Assembly: GCA_030390025.1 (NCBI GenBank)
Contig: CM059438.1
Span: forward strand, 33,666,001 to 33,730,000
DNA: 64,000 nt
Reading direction: 5' to 3'
Origin: Squalus acanthias
Taxonomy: Eukaryota
In this document: piece by piece, positions 46,723 to 61,299 of the stretch
How positions within the stretch are numbered: the stretch's first letter is position 1
How the letters are laid out: every line of letters starts with the position of its first letter
Notes under the pieces: generated by a model
What the model was told of the DNA's origin: nothing
What the model saw: the letters and a program-made list of their open reading frames with translations, nothing else
Database searches by the model: none
Program-made: the position numbers and the translations under genes

Positions 46723-47466
46723 TAGGGTTATCAACCCTCCCAGATTGCCCAGGAGTCCCTCAAAATGGACGCTCAATCTCCCGAGCCACGCTGCTGGCAA
46801 CCCGGGAGAAAAGTACTTCCATGTTCCGATTCATGCCTGTGCTTCTCAGACAGCCCGAACTATCAATGGCTTCCCCAATCTGTTAATTCCCGCCCGGCAG
46901 CCCCCCCCACCCCCCCTGCCCCCCCCCCCGCCACCTGCTTCCTTGGAGGTGGAGGCGCTGCCTATCGCCAGGTTAAATGATTCCTTGCTGGAATATCCCT
47001 TGTGGCTGCTCATATGTTCACCAGAGAGGCAGCTAGCCATCACTCCACAGGAAGTGGGACCAGCCAAGAGGAAATTGGCTGTGCCTGCAGCAGCCAGACT
47101 TGCTTGGTTTATTGCCACGAGCCGGCAAGAACAGGATGTCCTGTACCTGGTGGAGGAGCCAAGTGATGAGGAGGACATGGTCTCCAGATCTGAAGACAAG
47201 TTCAGTGACGATAAATTTGCCAAGAGAAGTATTAGATTCACAGGTTACCAATATAACAGAATATACATTGCCATCCTTAAGCTTCAATTTAGCCCTATCA
47301 TACTCAGATCAGTCGTTTAAAATGATAGCCTTCAATGGTACTTATTGGCACTCTCAGCAAAGCACAGATATCAAGCCATTAAGTAAATGGAAGAACATTT
47401 GCAGACTGCAGTGCATGTCATGTGACCGTATGTCATGTGACCAAACCTCCAGAGTTGGCAACCCTA
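46723..47466. mobile_element. Possible old hAT-like non-autonomous element
   Basis: TAGGGTTATCAAC...GTTGGCAACCCTA inverted ends; no TSD recognisable. Confidence 0.35.
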
Positions 47467-49708
47467 CACTGAACCAGTTAATGTAAAAATTGTCGCCAAA
47501 TCCTTGTTGAATAAATACTGAGCCGAAGAGTTTATCTGTTCCATTGTTGAATTAACTCCAGCTAATTATAATCTGGTCATCTTAATTTCCCCTAGCAGGA
47601 AATAACCACATCTTTCTCTAAAAGCTCATTAACAAAGCTTTAACAGCAGTATCAGGTTTTAAAAAAATCACTCCTTTATTGGGGGCGGGGCGGGGCGGCG
47701 TGTGGTTTGCTGGTGAGGCAGAAAACTAAGAGTAGTGTAGAAAAGGAAAATAAATGTTCCAGTTTTAGCATAGTTCCTGATTTTCAGCCAGTTTAATGTC
47801 CATCTTTGCCTTCCTTGCCATAAAATGATGGTTAAAACAGATCCTCGGTTCTGAAGATAGATAAGAGGCATTCCACATTATCTACTCACTCAAGGAAAAA
47901 AGCACCTTCTATGGTTCCATGTTCTCGTTGTAAATACACTTTAAAATTTAAATACATTTTTGAAACTCATTTTTACCCTCTTTTGTTTCTCATACATTAC
48001 ATTCTACTCTGTGTCCAAGGACAGGTGGGCAGTTTGCCAAACCTCTGCCACTAATTAACTGGTTAACAGGAAGTGCAAGAGAGTCACCCAAGGTGATTAC
48101 CTTCTAATTTTTCCTCTATCCCTTGGGGAAGATCTTTGCCTTTGCTTGGCACATCCCAGATGGCACAGCTAACATTCGGAACTTACCAAGTGATGCATTA
48201 CAGAACAAAACTGCATTTCAATATTACGCGACACAGCACACCGATAAGCTAATCTACTTTGCTACCTGTTCCTATTTAAAAAAAAACTGTTTTGCATATA
48301 AATAGAATACTCCATGGTAAACTGTGGAATATAGACTTTATTCCAAAAGTCAACGCAACCTGAATGACTCATAAATGTTGCCACATATGAGGTCTTCCTT
48401 ACCGTGGAACAGTTTCCCAGTCAGTACCCTTTAAATTGCTGGAAATGTTAAACTCCAGAATTTTAAAAACTAATATAGTGTGCAAAAAAACTCACATTCA
48501 GTAGCTCATCCAGATCCAAAAGATACCCTGGAAGCGTGTTCTAGCCTTGAGTCTAGTTTACTAGTTTTTCCTCTATACTGACGTAAATCATAATTCATTA
48601 TGATGCCACTTGTTCAGAATAGACTAATGGGATGATACAGACTTAATGATAGCAGTCTGCAGGATTCTTTATTTCTTACTTCAAGGAAGAGTGGATAATG
48701 AACAACCTGCCTCCTTTTCCACCTTGGTAGTCTATTTATTTATTCTAGGCTGGTGCACCCAGGATAGAAACACATTATCTGTCAATCAATTTTAATAAAT
48801 GCAGCAAGGTCTGCCTTCCTGTCATTGTGCTCTAACAGTCAGTCACACCCCCATCTCAAAATCATAACCTTTTCTTGTTTTTCAGGGCTCGAAATAATTA
48901 CATTTGTGGCTTGAAACATTATCATTATCTCTGCTTAGCAAAAAGCAGCTGAAAAATGTGATTCATGGCTTTTTGTGTGCATCCTGTTTGTCAAATTGCC
49001 ATTCATGATCAATAACTGTAATAAAAGAGTAAAAGGTGCCAGTTGATGTTTTGCCAGTAAAAACATTAGCATTTTTCATTGTGGTAAATGAATCCTTATT
49101 GATGTCACCAATCTGCTATATTATAGTCTTGCAAATGCTGCAATCCCTAAGAAACGGCTTTTTAATCTCACAATTCATTGTCAACTTGCTGTAATGAATT
49201 CCACGTACTGGACTTTGTGCAATACCATTTGCATATCACTAGGTTTTCTAAAAAGTGTAATGTTGATCACCTGCAATCCCTGATTAAATATAATGGGGAC
49301 AAAATTGGATTAGGTCCGAAAGTAGTGCAGGCAGCACGCAAACCTCGTGCATGATTACAGCGCTGAGCCCAGCACTAAACGCGCTGCTGGTTGGCTCAGC
49401 GCTCAACAGGGGGCCCAATATCGGGTGCAGTCTGCTCTCCAATTAAAGTTTGCCTGCAAAGTGAAAAGCTGTCTCAACTTCTTAAAGGGGAGGTGGTTTT
49501 TTGCAGAAGTACCTCATTGTCACTGTAGCTGCAACAATGGCACAACAGGGGCGAGAAAGGGCACCTCGCTTCTCTGATGCAGCAGTGGAGGCCTTGGTCC
49601 TCTACCTGCAGGAGGGGCAGGTGGCCTTCGAGACACACCGTCAGAAGGCAGTGGGAGGAGATTGCGCAAGCCATCAGCACCACCAGTGTTGCTACCAGGA
49701 CCTGGATC

Positions 49709-52700
49709 CATAGGATTACATCGGATATACAGCACAGAAACAGGCCTTTCGGCCCAACCAATCCATGACGGCGTTTATGCTCCACTCGAGCCTCCTCCCA
49801 TCTTTCCTCATCTAACTCTATCAGCATAACCCTCTATTCCCTTCTCCCTCATATGCTTGTCTAGCCTCCCCTTAAATGCATCTATACTATTCGCCTCAAC
49901 CACTCCCTGTGGTAGCGAGTTCCACATTCTCACCACTCTCTGGGTAAAGACATTTCTTCTGAATTCCCTATTGGATTTCTTGGTGACTATCTTATATTGA
50001 TGGCCTCCAGTTATGTTCTTCCCCACAAGTGGAAACATTCTCTCTGTATCCATGATTTAATGACCTCTATTAGGTCACCCCTCAGCCTTCTTTTTTCAAG
50101 AGAAAAGAAACCCAGCCTGTTCATCCTTTCCTGATAGGTATACCCTCGCATTTCTGGTATCATCCTTGTAAATCTTCTCTGCACCCTCTCCAGTGCCTCT
50201 ATATCATTTTTATAATGTGGCGACCAGAATTGCACACAGTACTTCAAGTGTGGTCTAACCAAGGTTCGATACAAGTTTAGCATAACTTCCCTACTTGTCA
50301 ATTCTATCCCTCTAGAAATAAACCCTAGTGCTTGGTTTGCTTTGCTAACCTGTGTCGATACTTTTAGTGATTTGTGTATTTGTACTCCAAGATCCCTTTG
50401 CTCCTCTACCCCATTTAGATTCTTATTTTCCAAGTAATATGTGACCTCCCTATTTTTCTTACCAAAATGTAATACCTCACATTTATCTGTGTTGAATTTC
50501 ATTTGCTAATTATATGCCCATTCTGCAAGTTTATTAATGTCTTCTTGTAATTGGTTGCAGTCCTCCTCAGTATTGACTATCCCCCCTAATTTAGAAATTG
50601 TGTTTTTGATTCCAAAGTCTAAATCGTTATTATAAATTGTGAACAACAGTGGTCCCAGCACTGATCCTTGTGGAACACCACTTCCCACCTTCTGCCACTC
50701 TGAATAGCTACCCTTTACCCCTACTCTCTGCTTTCTGTCTTGAAGCCAGCTAGCTATCCATTCTGCTACTTGTCCCCTGACTCCACATTCATTAGTCAAT
50801 TATGTGGTATCTTATCGAAGGCATTTTGAAAATCTAGATAAATTACATCTGCAGCATTACCCTTGTCTATTCTCTCTGTTACCTCTTCAAAAAATTCAAT
50901 TAGGTTGGTCAAGCAAGACTTTCCCTTTTGAAATCCATGCTGACTATTTATTATTATATTTTTGGTTTTTAGATGTTCTTCCATTTTCTCCTTTAGTAGG
51001 GATTCCATTATTTTTCCTACCACCGATGTTAAGCTGACTGGTCTATAGTTCCCTGGACATGTTCTATCTCCCTTCTTAAATATAGGTATTACATTAGCTA
51101 TCCACCAGTCCTCTGGCACTACACCTTTTTCTAACGAATTACTAAATATGTGAAGTAATGCCTCTGCTATCTTTTCCCTAGATTCTTTTAAAATGAGCGG
51201 ATGTAATCCATCCGGACCAGGGGTTTTATCCTCTTTGAGTTTCATTAGTTTATTTAATATATCTCCTTGTTTTATTTTAAATGCAGTTATCTCATTACTA
51301 ATCTCATCATCCAATGTCAACTCCACCTGTTCTATCTCCCTGGTAAATACTGAAACAAAGTAATTATTTAATATTTCTGCCATCTCTCTATCGTTGTCTG
51401 TGGTATTATCCTCTCCATCCCTTAGTGGTCCTATTTCCATCCTGAACTTCCTTTTTTTATTTACGTGCCTGTAAAATATTTTACTATTTTGTTTTAGGTT
51501 CCTTGATAATTTAATTTCATAGTTCCTCTTTACCTTCCTAATTTTTTTTTGACTTCTTTCCTAATCTCTTCATATTCTCTCTTGTCTTGCTCTCCCTTGC
51601 TGCCCATTTACTTACTGTATGCCTCTTTCCTTACTCTCACGTTTTCCGTTATGGCTTTATTCATCCATGGTGTCTCATTAGTATTTAGCTTGTTCTTGTT
51701 TTTTAGCGGAATATATTTTTCCTGGACTCTGTTGAACACCATTTTAAATGTTTCCCATTGCTGTTCTACATCATTGTTTGCCAAAATTGTTGCCCATTTT
51801 ATTTTCCTAAGTTCTATTCTCAGCCGCTCAAAATCAGCTTTTCTCCAATCTATTACCCTGGTCTTTTGTCATACCCTGTCTTTCTCAATTATTATCTTAA
51901 AGCATATTATATTATGGTCACTATTGCCTAGATGTTCCCCTACTTTTACTTCTCTTATCTGCTCTGGTTCATTCCCCATTACTAGATCCAATAGCGGATC
52001 CTCCCTTTTACATATTGGATTAGAAAGAAGTCCTGTACAAATTGTAGGAACTTCATTCCCTTATCCCCTTTACCTACCCTTTCTATCCAATTAATATCGG
52101 GGTAGTTGAAATTCCCCATGATTATTATTCTATGGGGGAGAAATTAGGTACCTGTGCGCCTCCCATTATCATCCCCGGGGGCCGATAACAGGGTGCTAAC
52201 CACTTACCGCCCGGGCGCGGCGAGAATATAGCTTCCCGCGAAATTCGGCGTGAGGTTTGCAGCGGCGGTATGGCATTGTGCACTGATCTCCTTCACCTGG
52301 AGATCGTGACGTCATCATCGTGCGCATTGCCCCGGACCCGAACTTCGGTTTTGCCCCCTGCAGCATCGCCGGGCGACAACACCAGCGTTCATCGGGAGGC
52401 CGGGCGCTTCGGGGGAATTACTTAACGGCGAGGTGGGGGAAAAAAAATCAAATGCTGTTTTTTTTTCTTTTTTCCCCAGCGCTCGATCAGCCCGGCACTC
52501 TGCTGCAGTGCATCGAGCTGATTGGGTCGGATCGCGGCTGCCGTCGGGGACCAGGTAAGTTGCTTTCCCTTGCAGAGTCTGCAGTGATGGCCCTTCCCTT
52601 TAAGGGAGGGAAGAAGTCTTCCAACGTAGCAGTGCTGTACGGCCCATTGTACAGCGCTGCACACCTACCACCCCGCCTGTTGCCTGTTGTATTCCAGGAA

Positions 52701-53414
52701 GGAAGTGGAGCACTTGAGTTAGCATTCCACTTCCTTCCTGGAGCGCAAAACCACATTTTTTAAAAGTTGAGAAACATTACCGCCTGGCGCTAATTTTTTC
52801 AAGTTTTAAAAGTTAGTGCCCCAAACGGGGCTATAATGAATTTCTCCCCCCAAGTCTTTTACTCATATCCCTACTTTGTCTGCATATTTCTTCCTCCACC
52901 TCCCTTCCACTGTTAGGTGGTCTGTAGACTACACCTATTAGTGTGATTGATCCTTTATTATCTTTTATCTCTATCCACATGGATTCTATTTCTGTTTTGC
53001 TGACAGCTGTGTCACTTTTATCTACTGCCATTATGTTATCTGTAATAAGTACAGCTACTCCACCTCCCCTTTTTGCTCTCTATCTTTTCTAAATATGTTA
53101 TACCCTGCAATGTTTAATTCCCAGTCCTGATTTTTCTTTAGCCATGTCTCAGTAATTTTTACTATGTCTGGTTCCTCGCAACGCACGATTGCCTCCAGCT
53201 CCCCTGTTTTATTATGGACACTGTGTGCATTGCTGTACGGACAGTTTAACTCATTTTTAATAGCAGTTCTTTTCACTTTATTTTTAACCATCTTTTTACA
53301 CTCTTGTTCTATAACTCTATTTATTCCCTGCCCATCAATGTCCTCCCTTACTTTACTCTTTCCTATGCTCTCCTTTCCTGTTTGTTTATATTTAGGCTGG
53401 TTTCATTTCTTGTA
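49709..53414 (-). mobile_element. CR1 LINE (nearly complete ORF2, decayed) inserted in Myb exon 1 of Harbinger C
   Basis: ORFs 53055-53291, 52831-53031, 50796-51440, 50506-50799, 50011-50502, 49808-50053; flanks TGGATCCA/TAGATCTA. Confidence 0.92.
52134..52850. mobile_element. Harbinger-like MITE (717 bp)
   Basis: TIRs GGGGGAGAAATT / AATTTCTCCCCC; the CR1 frame resumes on both sides. Confidence 0.85.
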
Positions 53415-56400
53415 GATCTAGTGTCAGAAGAAGTTTAATGACCTCACATGAGTGGTCAAAGTGAGTGAATGCATCTTCAAATGCCATATCCCACCATCTG
53501 CACCACTAGTCTCACACACTGCTCAATGCACCACACGCCCATCACTCACCTACCAACAATCTCCAGCAATCACGACTCATACCTCACAATCATAGCTTCA
53601 CCTGAGCCTCACACATTTACCAATGCTGCAAGCCTTATACCCACATCTCACACCTTGCACACAATGTCAGCTATTCAATCATGACAGGCACATCACCCAA
53701 ACACATTGCACCACACTCACTCACACACTTCACCCAAACACATTGCACCACACTCACTGACACACTTCACCCAAACACATTGCACCACACTCACTGACAC
53801 ACTTCACCCAAACACATTGCACCACACTCACTGACACACATCACCCAAACACATTGCACCACACTCACTGACACACACATCACCCAAACACATTGCACCA
53901 CACTCACTGACACACACATCACCCAAACACATTGCACCACACTCACTGACACACTTCACCCAAACACATTGCACCACACTCACTGACACACACTTCACCC
54001 AAACACATTGCACCACACTCACTGACACACACTTCACCCAAACACATTGCACCACACTCACTGACACACACATCACCCAAACACATTGCACCACACTCAC
54101 TGACACACTTCACCCAAACACATTGCACCACACTCACTGACACACACTTCACCCAAACACATTGCACCACACTCACTGACACACACTTCACCCAAACACA
54201 TTGCACCACACTCACTGACACACATCACCCAAACTCATTGCACCACACTCACTGACACACACATCACCCAAACACATTGCACCACACTCACTGACACACA
54301 CTTCACCCAAACACATTGCACCACACTCACTGACACACATCACCCAAACACATTGCACCACACTCACTGACAAACATCACCCAAACACATTGCACCACAC
54401 TCACTGACACACTTCACCCAAACACATTGCACCACACTCACTGACACACACATCACCCAAACACATTGCATCACACTCCCTGACAAACTTCACCCAAACA
54501 CATTGCACCACAATCACTGACACACACTTCAGCCCAGACACATTGCACCACACTCACTGACACACACTTCACCCAAACACATTGCACCACACTCACTGAC
54601 ACACACTTCACCCAAACACATTGCACCACACTCACTGACACACTTCACCCAGACACATTGCACCACACTCACTGACACACTTCACCCAAACACATTGCAC
54701 CACACTCACTGACACACACTTCACCCAAACACATTGCACCACACTCACTGACACACTTCACCCAAACACATTGCACCACACTCACTGACACACATCACCC
54801 AAACACATTGCACCACACTCACTGACACACTTCACCCAAACACATTGCACCACACTCACTGACACACATCACCCAAACACATTGCAGCACACTCACTCAC
54901 ACACACATCACCCAGACACATTGCACCACACTCACTGACACACTACATCCAAGCACATTGCACCACACTCACTCACACACACTTCACCCAGACACATTGC
55001 ACCACACTCACTGACACACTTCACCCAAACACATTGCACCACACTCACTGACACACTTCACCCAAACACATTGCACCACACTCACTGACACACTTCACCC
55101 AAACACATTGCACCACACTCACTGACACACTTCACCCAAACACATTGCACCACACTCACTGACACTCATCACCCAAACACATTGCACCACACTCACTGAC
55201 ACACTTCACCCAAACACATTGCACCACACTCACTGACACACTTCACCCAAACACATTGCACCACACTCACTGACAAACATCACCCAAACACATTGCACCA
55301 CACTCACTCACACACACATCACCCAAACACATTGCACCACACTCACTGACACACATCACCCAGACACATTGCACCACACTCACTGACACACACATCACCC
55401 AGACACATTGCACCACACTCACTGACACACACATCACCCAGACACATTGCACCACACTCACTGACACACACATCACCCAGACACATTGCACCACACTCAC
55501 TGACACACACATCACCCAGACACATTGCACCACACTCACTGACACACACATCACCCAAACACATTGCACCACACTCACTGGCACACACTTCACCCAAACA
55601 CATTGCACCACACTCACTGGCACACATCACCCAAACACATTGCACCACACTCACTGACACACACATCACCCAGACACATTGCACCACACTCACTGACACA
55701 CACTTCACCCAAACACATTGCACCACACTCACTGACACACACTTCACCCAAACACATTGCACCACACTCACTGACACACACATCACCCAAACACATTGCA
55801 CCACACTCACTGACACACACTTCACCCAAACACATTGCACCACACTCACTGACACACTTCACCCAAACACATTGCACCACACTCACTGACACACATCACC
55901 CAAACACATTGCACCACACTCACTGACACACACTTCACCCAAACACATTGCACCACACTCACTGACACACACATCACCCAAACACATTGCACCACACTCA
56001 CTGACACACTTCACCCAAACACATTGCACCACACTCACTGACACACACATCACCCAAACACATTGCACCACACTCACTGACACACATCACCCAAACACAT
56101 TGCACCACACTCACTGACACACACATCACCCAAACACATTGCACCACACTCACTGACACACTTCACCCAAACACATTGCACCACACTCACTGACACACAC
56201 TTCACCCAAACACAGTGCACCACACTCACTGACACACTTCACCCAAACACATTGCACCACACTCACTGACACACTTCACCCAAACACATTGCACCACACT
56301 CACTGACACACATCACCCAAACACATTGCACCACACTCACTGACACACACATCACCCAAACACATTGCACCACACTCACTGACACACACTTCACCCAAAC

Positions 56401-59400
56401 ACATTGCACCACACTCACTGACACACTTCACCCAAACACATTGCACCACACTCACTGACACACATCACCCAAACACATTGCACCACACTCACTGACACAC
56501 TTCACCCAAACACATTGCACCACACTCACTGACACACACATCACCCAAACACATTGCACCACACTCACTGACACACACATCACCCAAACACATTGCACCA
56601 CACTCACTGACACACACTTCACCCAAACACATTGCACCACACTCACTGACACACTTCACCCAAACACATTGCTCCACACTCACTGACACACATCACCCAA
56701 ACACATTGCACCACACTCACTGACACACTTCACCCAAACAAATTGCACCACACTCACTGACACACTTCACCCAAACACAGTGCACCACACTCACTGACAC
56801 ACTTCACCCAAACACATTGCACCACACTCACTGACAAACATCACCCAAACACATTGCACCACACTCACTCACACACACATCACCCAAACACATTGCACCA
56901 CACTCACTGACACACACATCACCCAGACACATTGCACCACACTCACTGACACACACATCACCCAAACACATTGCACCTCACTCACTGGCACACACTTCAC
57001 CCAAACACATTGCACCACACTCACTGGCACACATCACCCAAACACATTGCACCACACTCACTGACACACACATCACCCAGACACATTGCACCACACTCAC
57101 TGACACACACTTCACCCAAACACATTGCACCACACTCACTGACACACACATCACCCAAACACATTGCACCACACTCACTGACACACACTTCACCCAAACA
57201 CATTGCACCACACTCACTGACACATTTCACCCAAACACATTGCACCACACTCACTGACACACATCACCCAAACACATTGCACCACACTCACTGACACACA
57301 CTTCACCCAAACACATTGCACCACACTCACTGACACACACATCACCCAAACACATTGCACCACACTCACTGACACACTTCACCCAAACACATTGCACCAC
57401 ACTCACTGACACACACATCACCCAAACACATTGCACCACACTCACTGACACACATCACCCAAACACATTGCACCACACTCACTGACACACACATCACCCA
57501 AACACATTGCACCACACTCACTGACACACTTCACCCAAACACATTGCACCACACTCACTGACACACACTTCACCCAAACACATTGCACCACACTCACTGA
57601 CACACTTCACCCAAACACATTGCACCACACTCACTGACACACTTCACCCAAACACATTGCACCACACTCACTGACACACATCACCCAAACACATTGCACC
57701 ACACTCACTGACACACACATCACCCAAACACATTGCACCACACTCACTGACACACACTTCACCCAAACACATTGCACCACACTCACTGACACACTTCACC
57801 CAAACACATTGCACCACTGACTGACACACATCACCCAAACACATTGCACCACACTCACTGACACACTTCACCCAAACACATTGCACCACACTCACTGACA
57901 CACATCACCCAAACACATTGCACCACACTCACTGACACACACATCACCCAAACACATTGCACCACACTCACTGGCACACACTTCACCCAAACACATTGCA
58001 CCACACTCACTGGCACACATCACCCAAACACATTGCACCACACTCACTGACACACACATCACCCAGACACATTGCACCACACTCACTGACACACACTTCA
58101 CCCAAACACATTGCACCACACTCACTGACACACACTTCACCCAAACACATTGCACCACACTCACTGACACACACATCACCCAAACACATTGCACCACACT
58201 CACTGACACACACTTCACCCAAACACATTGCACCACACTCACTGACACACTTCACCCAAACACATTGCACCACACTCACTGACACACATCACCCAAACAC
58301 ATTGCACCACACTCACTGACACACACTTCACCCAAACACATTGCACCACACTCACTGACACACACATCACCCAAACACATTGCACCACACTCACTGACAC
58401 ACATCACCCAAACACATTGCACCACACTCACTGACACACACATCACCCAAACACATTGCTCCACACTCACTGACACACATCACCCAAACACATTGCACCA
58501 CACTCACTGACACACACATCACCCAAACACATTGCACCACACTCACTGACACACTTCACCCAAACACATTGCACCACACTCACTGACACACACTTCACCC
58601 AAACACAGTGCACCACACTCACTGACACACTTCACCCAAACACATTGCACCACACTCACTGACACACTTCACCCAAACACATTGCACCACACTCACTGAC
58701 ACACATCACCCAAACACATTGCACCACACTCACTGACACACACATCACCCAAACACATTGCACCACACTCACTGACACACATCACCCAAACACATTGCAC
58801 CACACTCACTGACACACACATCACCCAAACACATTGCACCACACTCACTGACACACTTCACCCAAACACATTGCACCAAACTCACTGACACACATCACCC
58901 AAACACATTGCACCACACTCACTGACACACACATCACCCAAACACATTGCACCACACTCACTGGCACACACTTCACCCAAACACATTGCACCACACTCAC
59001 TGGCACACATCACCCAAACACATTGCACCACACTCACTGACACACACATCACCCAGACACATTGCACCACACTCACTGACACACACTTCACCCAAACACA
59101 TTGCACCACACTCACTGACACACACTTCACCCAAACACATTGCACCACACTCACTGACACACACATCACCCAAACACATTGCACCACACTCACTGACACA
59201 CTTCACCCAAACACATTGCACCACACTCACTGACAAACTTCACCCAAACACATTGCACCACACTCACTGACACACATCACCCAAACACATTGCACCACAC
59301 TCACTGACACACACATCACCCAAACACATTGCACCACACTCACTGACACACATCACCCAAACACATTGCACCACACTCACTGACACACTTCACCCAAACA

Positions 59401-59778
59401 CATTGCACCACTGACTGACACACATCACCCAAACACATTGCACCACACTCACTGACACACTTCACCCAAACACATTGCACCACACTCACTGACACACATC
59501 ACCCAAACACATTGCACCACACTCACTGACACACACATCACCCAAACACATTGCACCACACTCACTGACACACATCACCCAAACACATTGCACCACACTC
59601 ACTGACACACACATCACCCAAACACATTGCACCACACTCACTGACACACATCACCCAGACACATTGCACCACACTCACTGACACACTACATCCAAACACA
59701 TTGCACCACACTCACTGACACACTACATTCAAACACATTGCACCACACTCACTCACACACACTTCACCCAGACACATT

Positions 59779-61299
59779 GGGCCGAAAATTGATCCCGGGA
59801 CGCGAGAGTACGCACTGCGTACTCTCGCGTATTCCCACTCCAATTGCCGGTTTTCTGCATGCCCTCCGCATGCGCTGAAAACCGGCAATTGCTCTTCTGA
59901 AAAGGGGGCGGGTCCTCGGTGCATCGCGTGCGCGCTACAGGCTGCGCGCACGCTGTGCACTTCATGCTTTGGACGCGCAGGTAAGTACTGAAGATTTTGG
60001 AAATGTAAAAAGGAGGAGTAAGACCCGCTTTTAAGAAGGTAAGTAGTGAATTAAGTATTTTTTTGAATTATTTTTTTACAGGTATATCTTTTTTAGAGAC
60101 TTTAAAGACAGGTAAGTTTATTTTTATAACTTTTTAAAAGATTTTAAATTTTTTCAAAAATTTAATTTTTTATTTAAAATGGTTAATTTAATTAACTATA
60201 CTTATTTTATTAATGTGATGGGTTTTTTTTTAAAATTTAATTGAGGTTTAGCTGTTATTTTGGGGGGGTGTAAGATTCATAGGGGGAAAAATTCAGCTGC
60301 TTGCGCCTCCCGTTAGCGCCTTAAGAGTGCGCTAATGGGGCGTAAAGCAGCTAACGCCCGGGCGCAGCGCCGCCCACGCCTCCCGTAAAATTCAGCGGGA
60401 GGTTAGCGGCGGCACCAGCTGGTAGCGCCCTGTGGCGCTGCGCCGCCGGCGATGACGTCATCGCCGTGCGCAGCACCCCGCTCGCGCTCCAGCCGCGATC
60501 TTCAGTCGCGCCCCCTGATTTACCGCCAGACGCTATGTCCGACGGGTTCAGGGAGGCGTACGTGCGGCCGGGGCGGCGATATTTAAAGGGGAGGTGGCAG
60601 GCGGCCATTTTTGTTGCTGGCCGCCTGCCAGCACCTGCCCCCGTTGCTGTCCCCGGCCCCCGTGAAGCACCCCCACCGTGAAGTGCCGGCTGCGCTCCAA
60701 GAGCCCGGCACTTCTCTTGAGTGCCGGGCTCTTTTGCCGGCACTCCCGATCCCTGGGGGCCCAGCTGGGCCCCGGTTCGCGCTGCGCAGGGTCCCTCCCC
60801 TTTAAGAAGGGGAGGAAGGCCTGCAATACCGCGGCGCGACGTGCCACAGCGCCTGGCGCTGCGGCACGTAGCGCCAGGATATTCCCTCGCAGCGCCCCAA
60901 GAGGGATGCGGGGTGCTTCCAGTGGCGCCCCGCTTCCCTCTTGGGGCGCAACCACTGAAGTTCCGGCGCGGGGCCGCTAATTTTTTCGGGGCGCTAAAAG
61001 TAGCGCCCCGGCGAAGTTAGCGCCCCAAATGGGGCGCGACTCAATTTTTAGCCCATAGATTTCGCAGGGTGCTGTGAAACTTATGAATGGAAGATGGTGT
61101 GCTGCCATTGGCTCTAACTGAGTCACGTGATCCCACAGCTCGCACGAATTCACTACGCCGCTGGGATACGCAAGCACTGCCCAGCTGATCTCTAGAACAT
61201 GAAGTTCGTGCGAGCTGGATCTGAAAAAGCACAAGCGAGGTGAGAGATCGCGGGGAAGCCTTACCCCCGCGGGAACAGAGCGAGATCAATTTCTGGGCC
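59779..61299. mobile_element. GGCCC-family Harbinger-like element inserted in the satellite, with a nested MITE
   Basis: TIRs GGGCCGAAAATT / AATTTCTGGGCC; TSD ATT; reverse complement of 19865-20609. Confidence 0.9.
60282..61054. mobile_element. Harbinger-like MITE (773 bp) nested in the GGCCC element
   Basis: TIRs GGGGGAAAAATT / AATTTTTAGCCC; TSD ATA. Confidence 0.9.

Noticed and set aside
46745-47320. 191-aa ORF with a poly-Pro and acidic segment
   Set aside because: Low complexity, TTG start, lies in a probable old DNA-transposon remnant; no identifiable domain.
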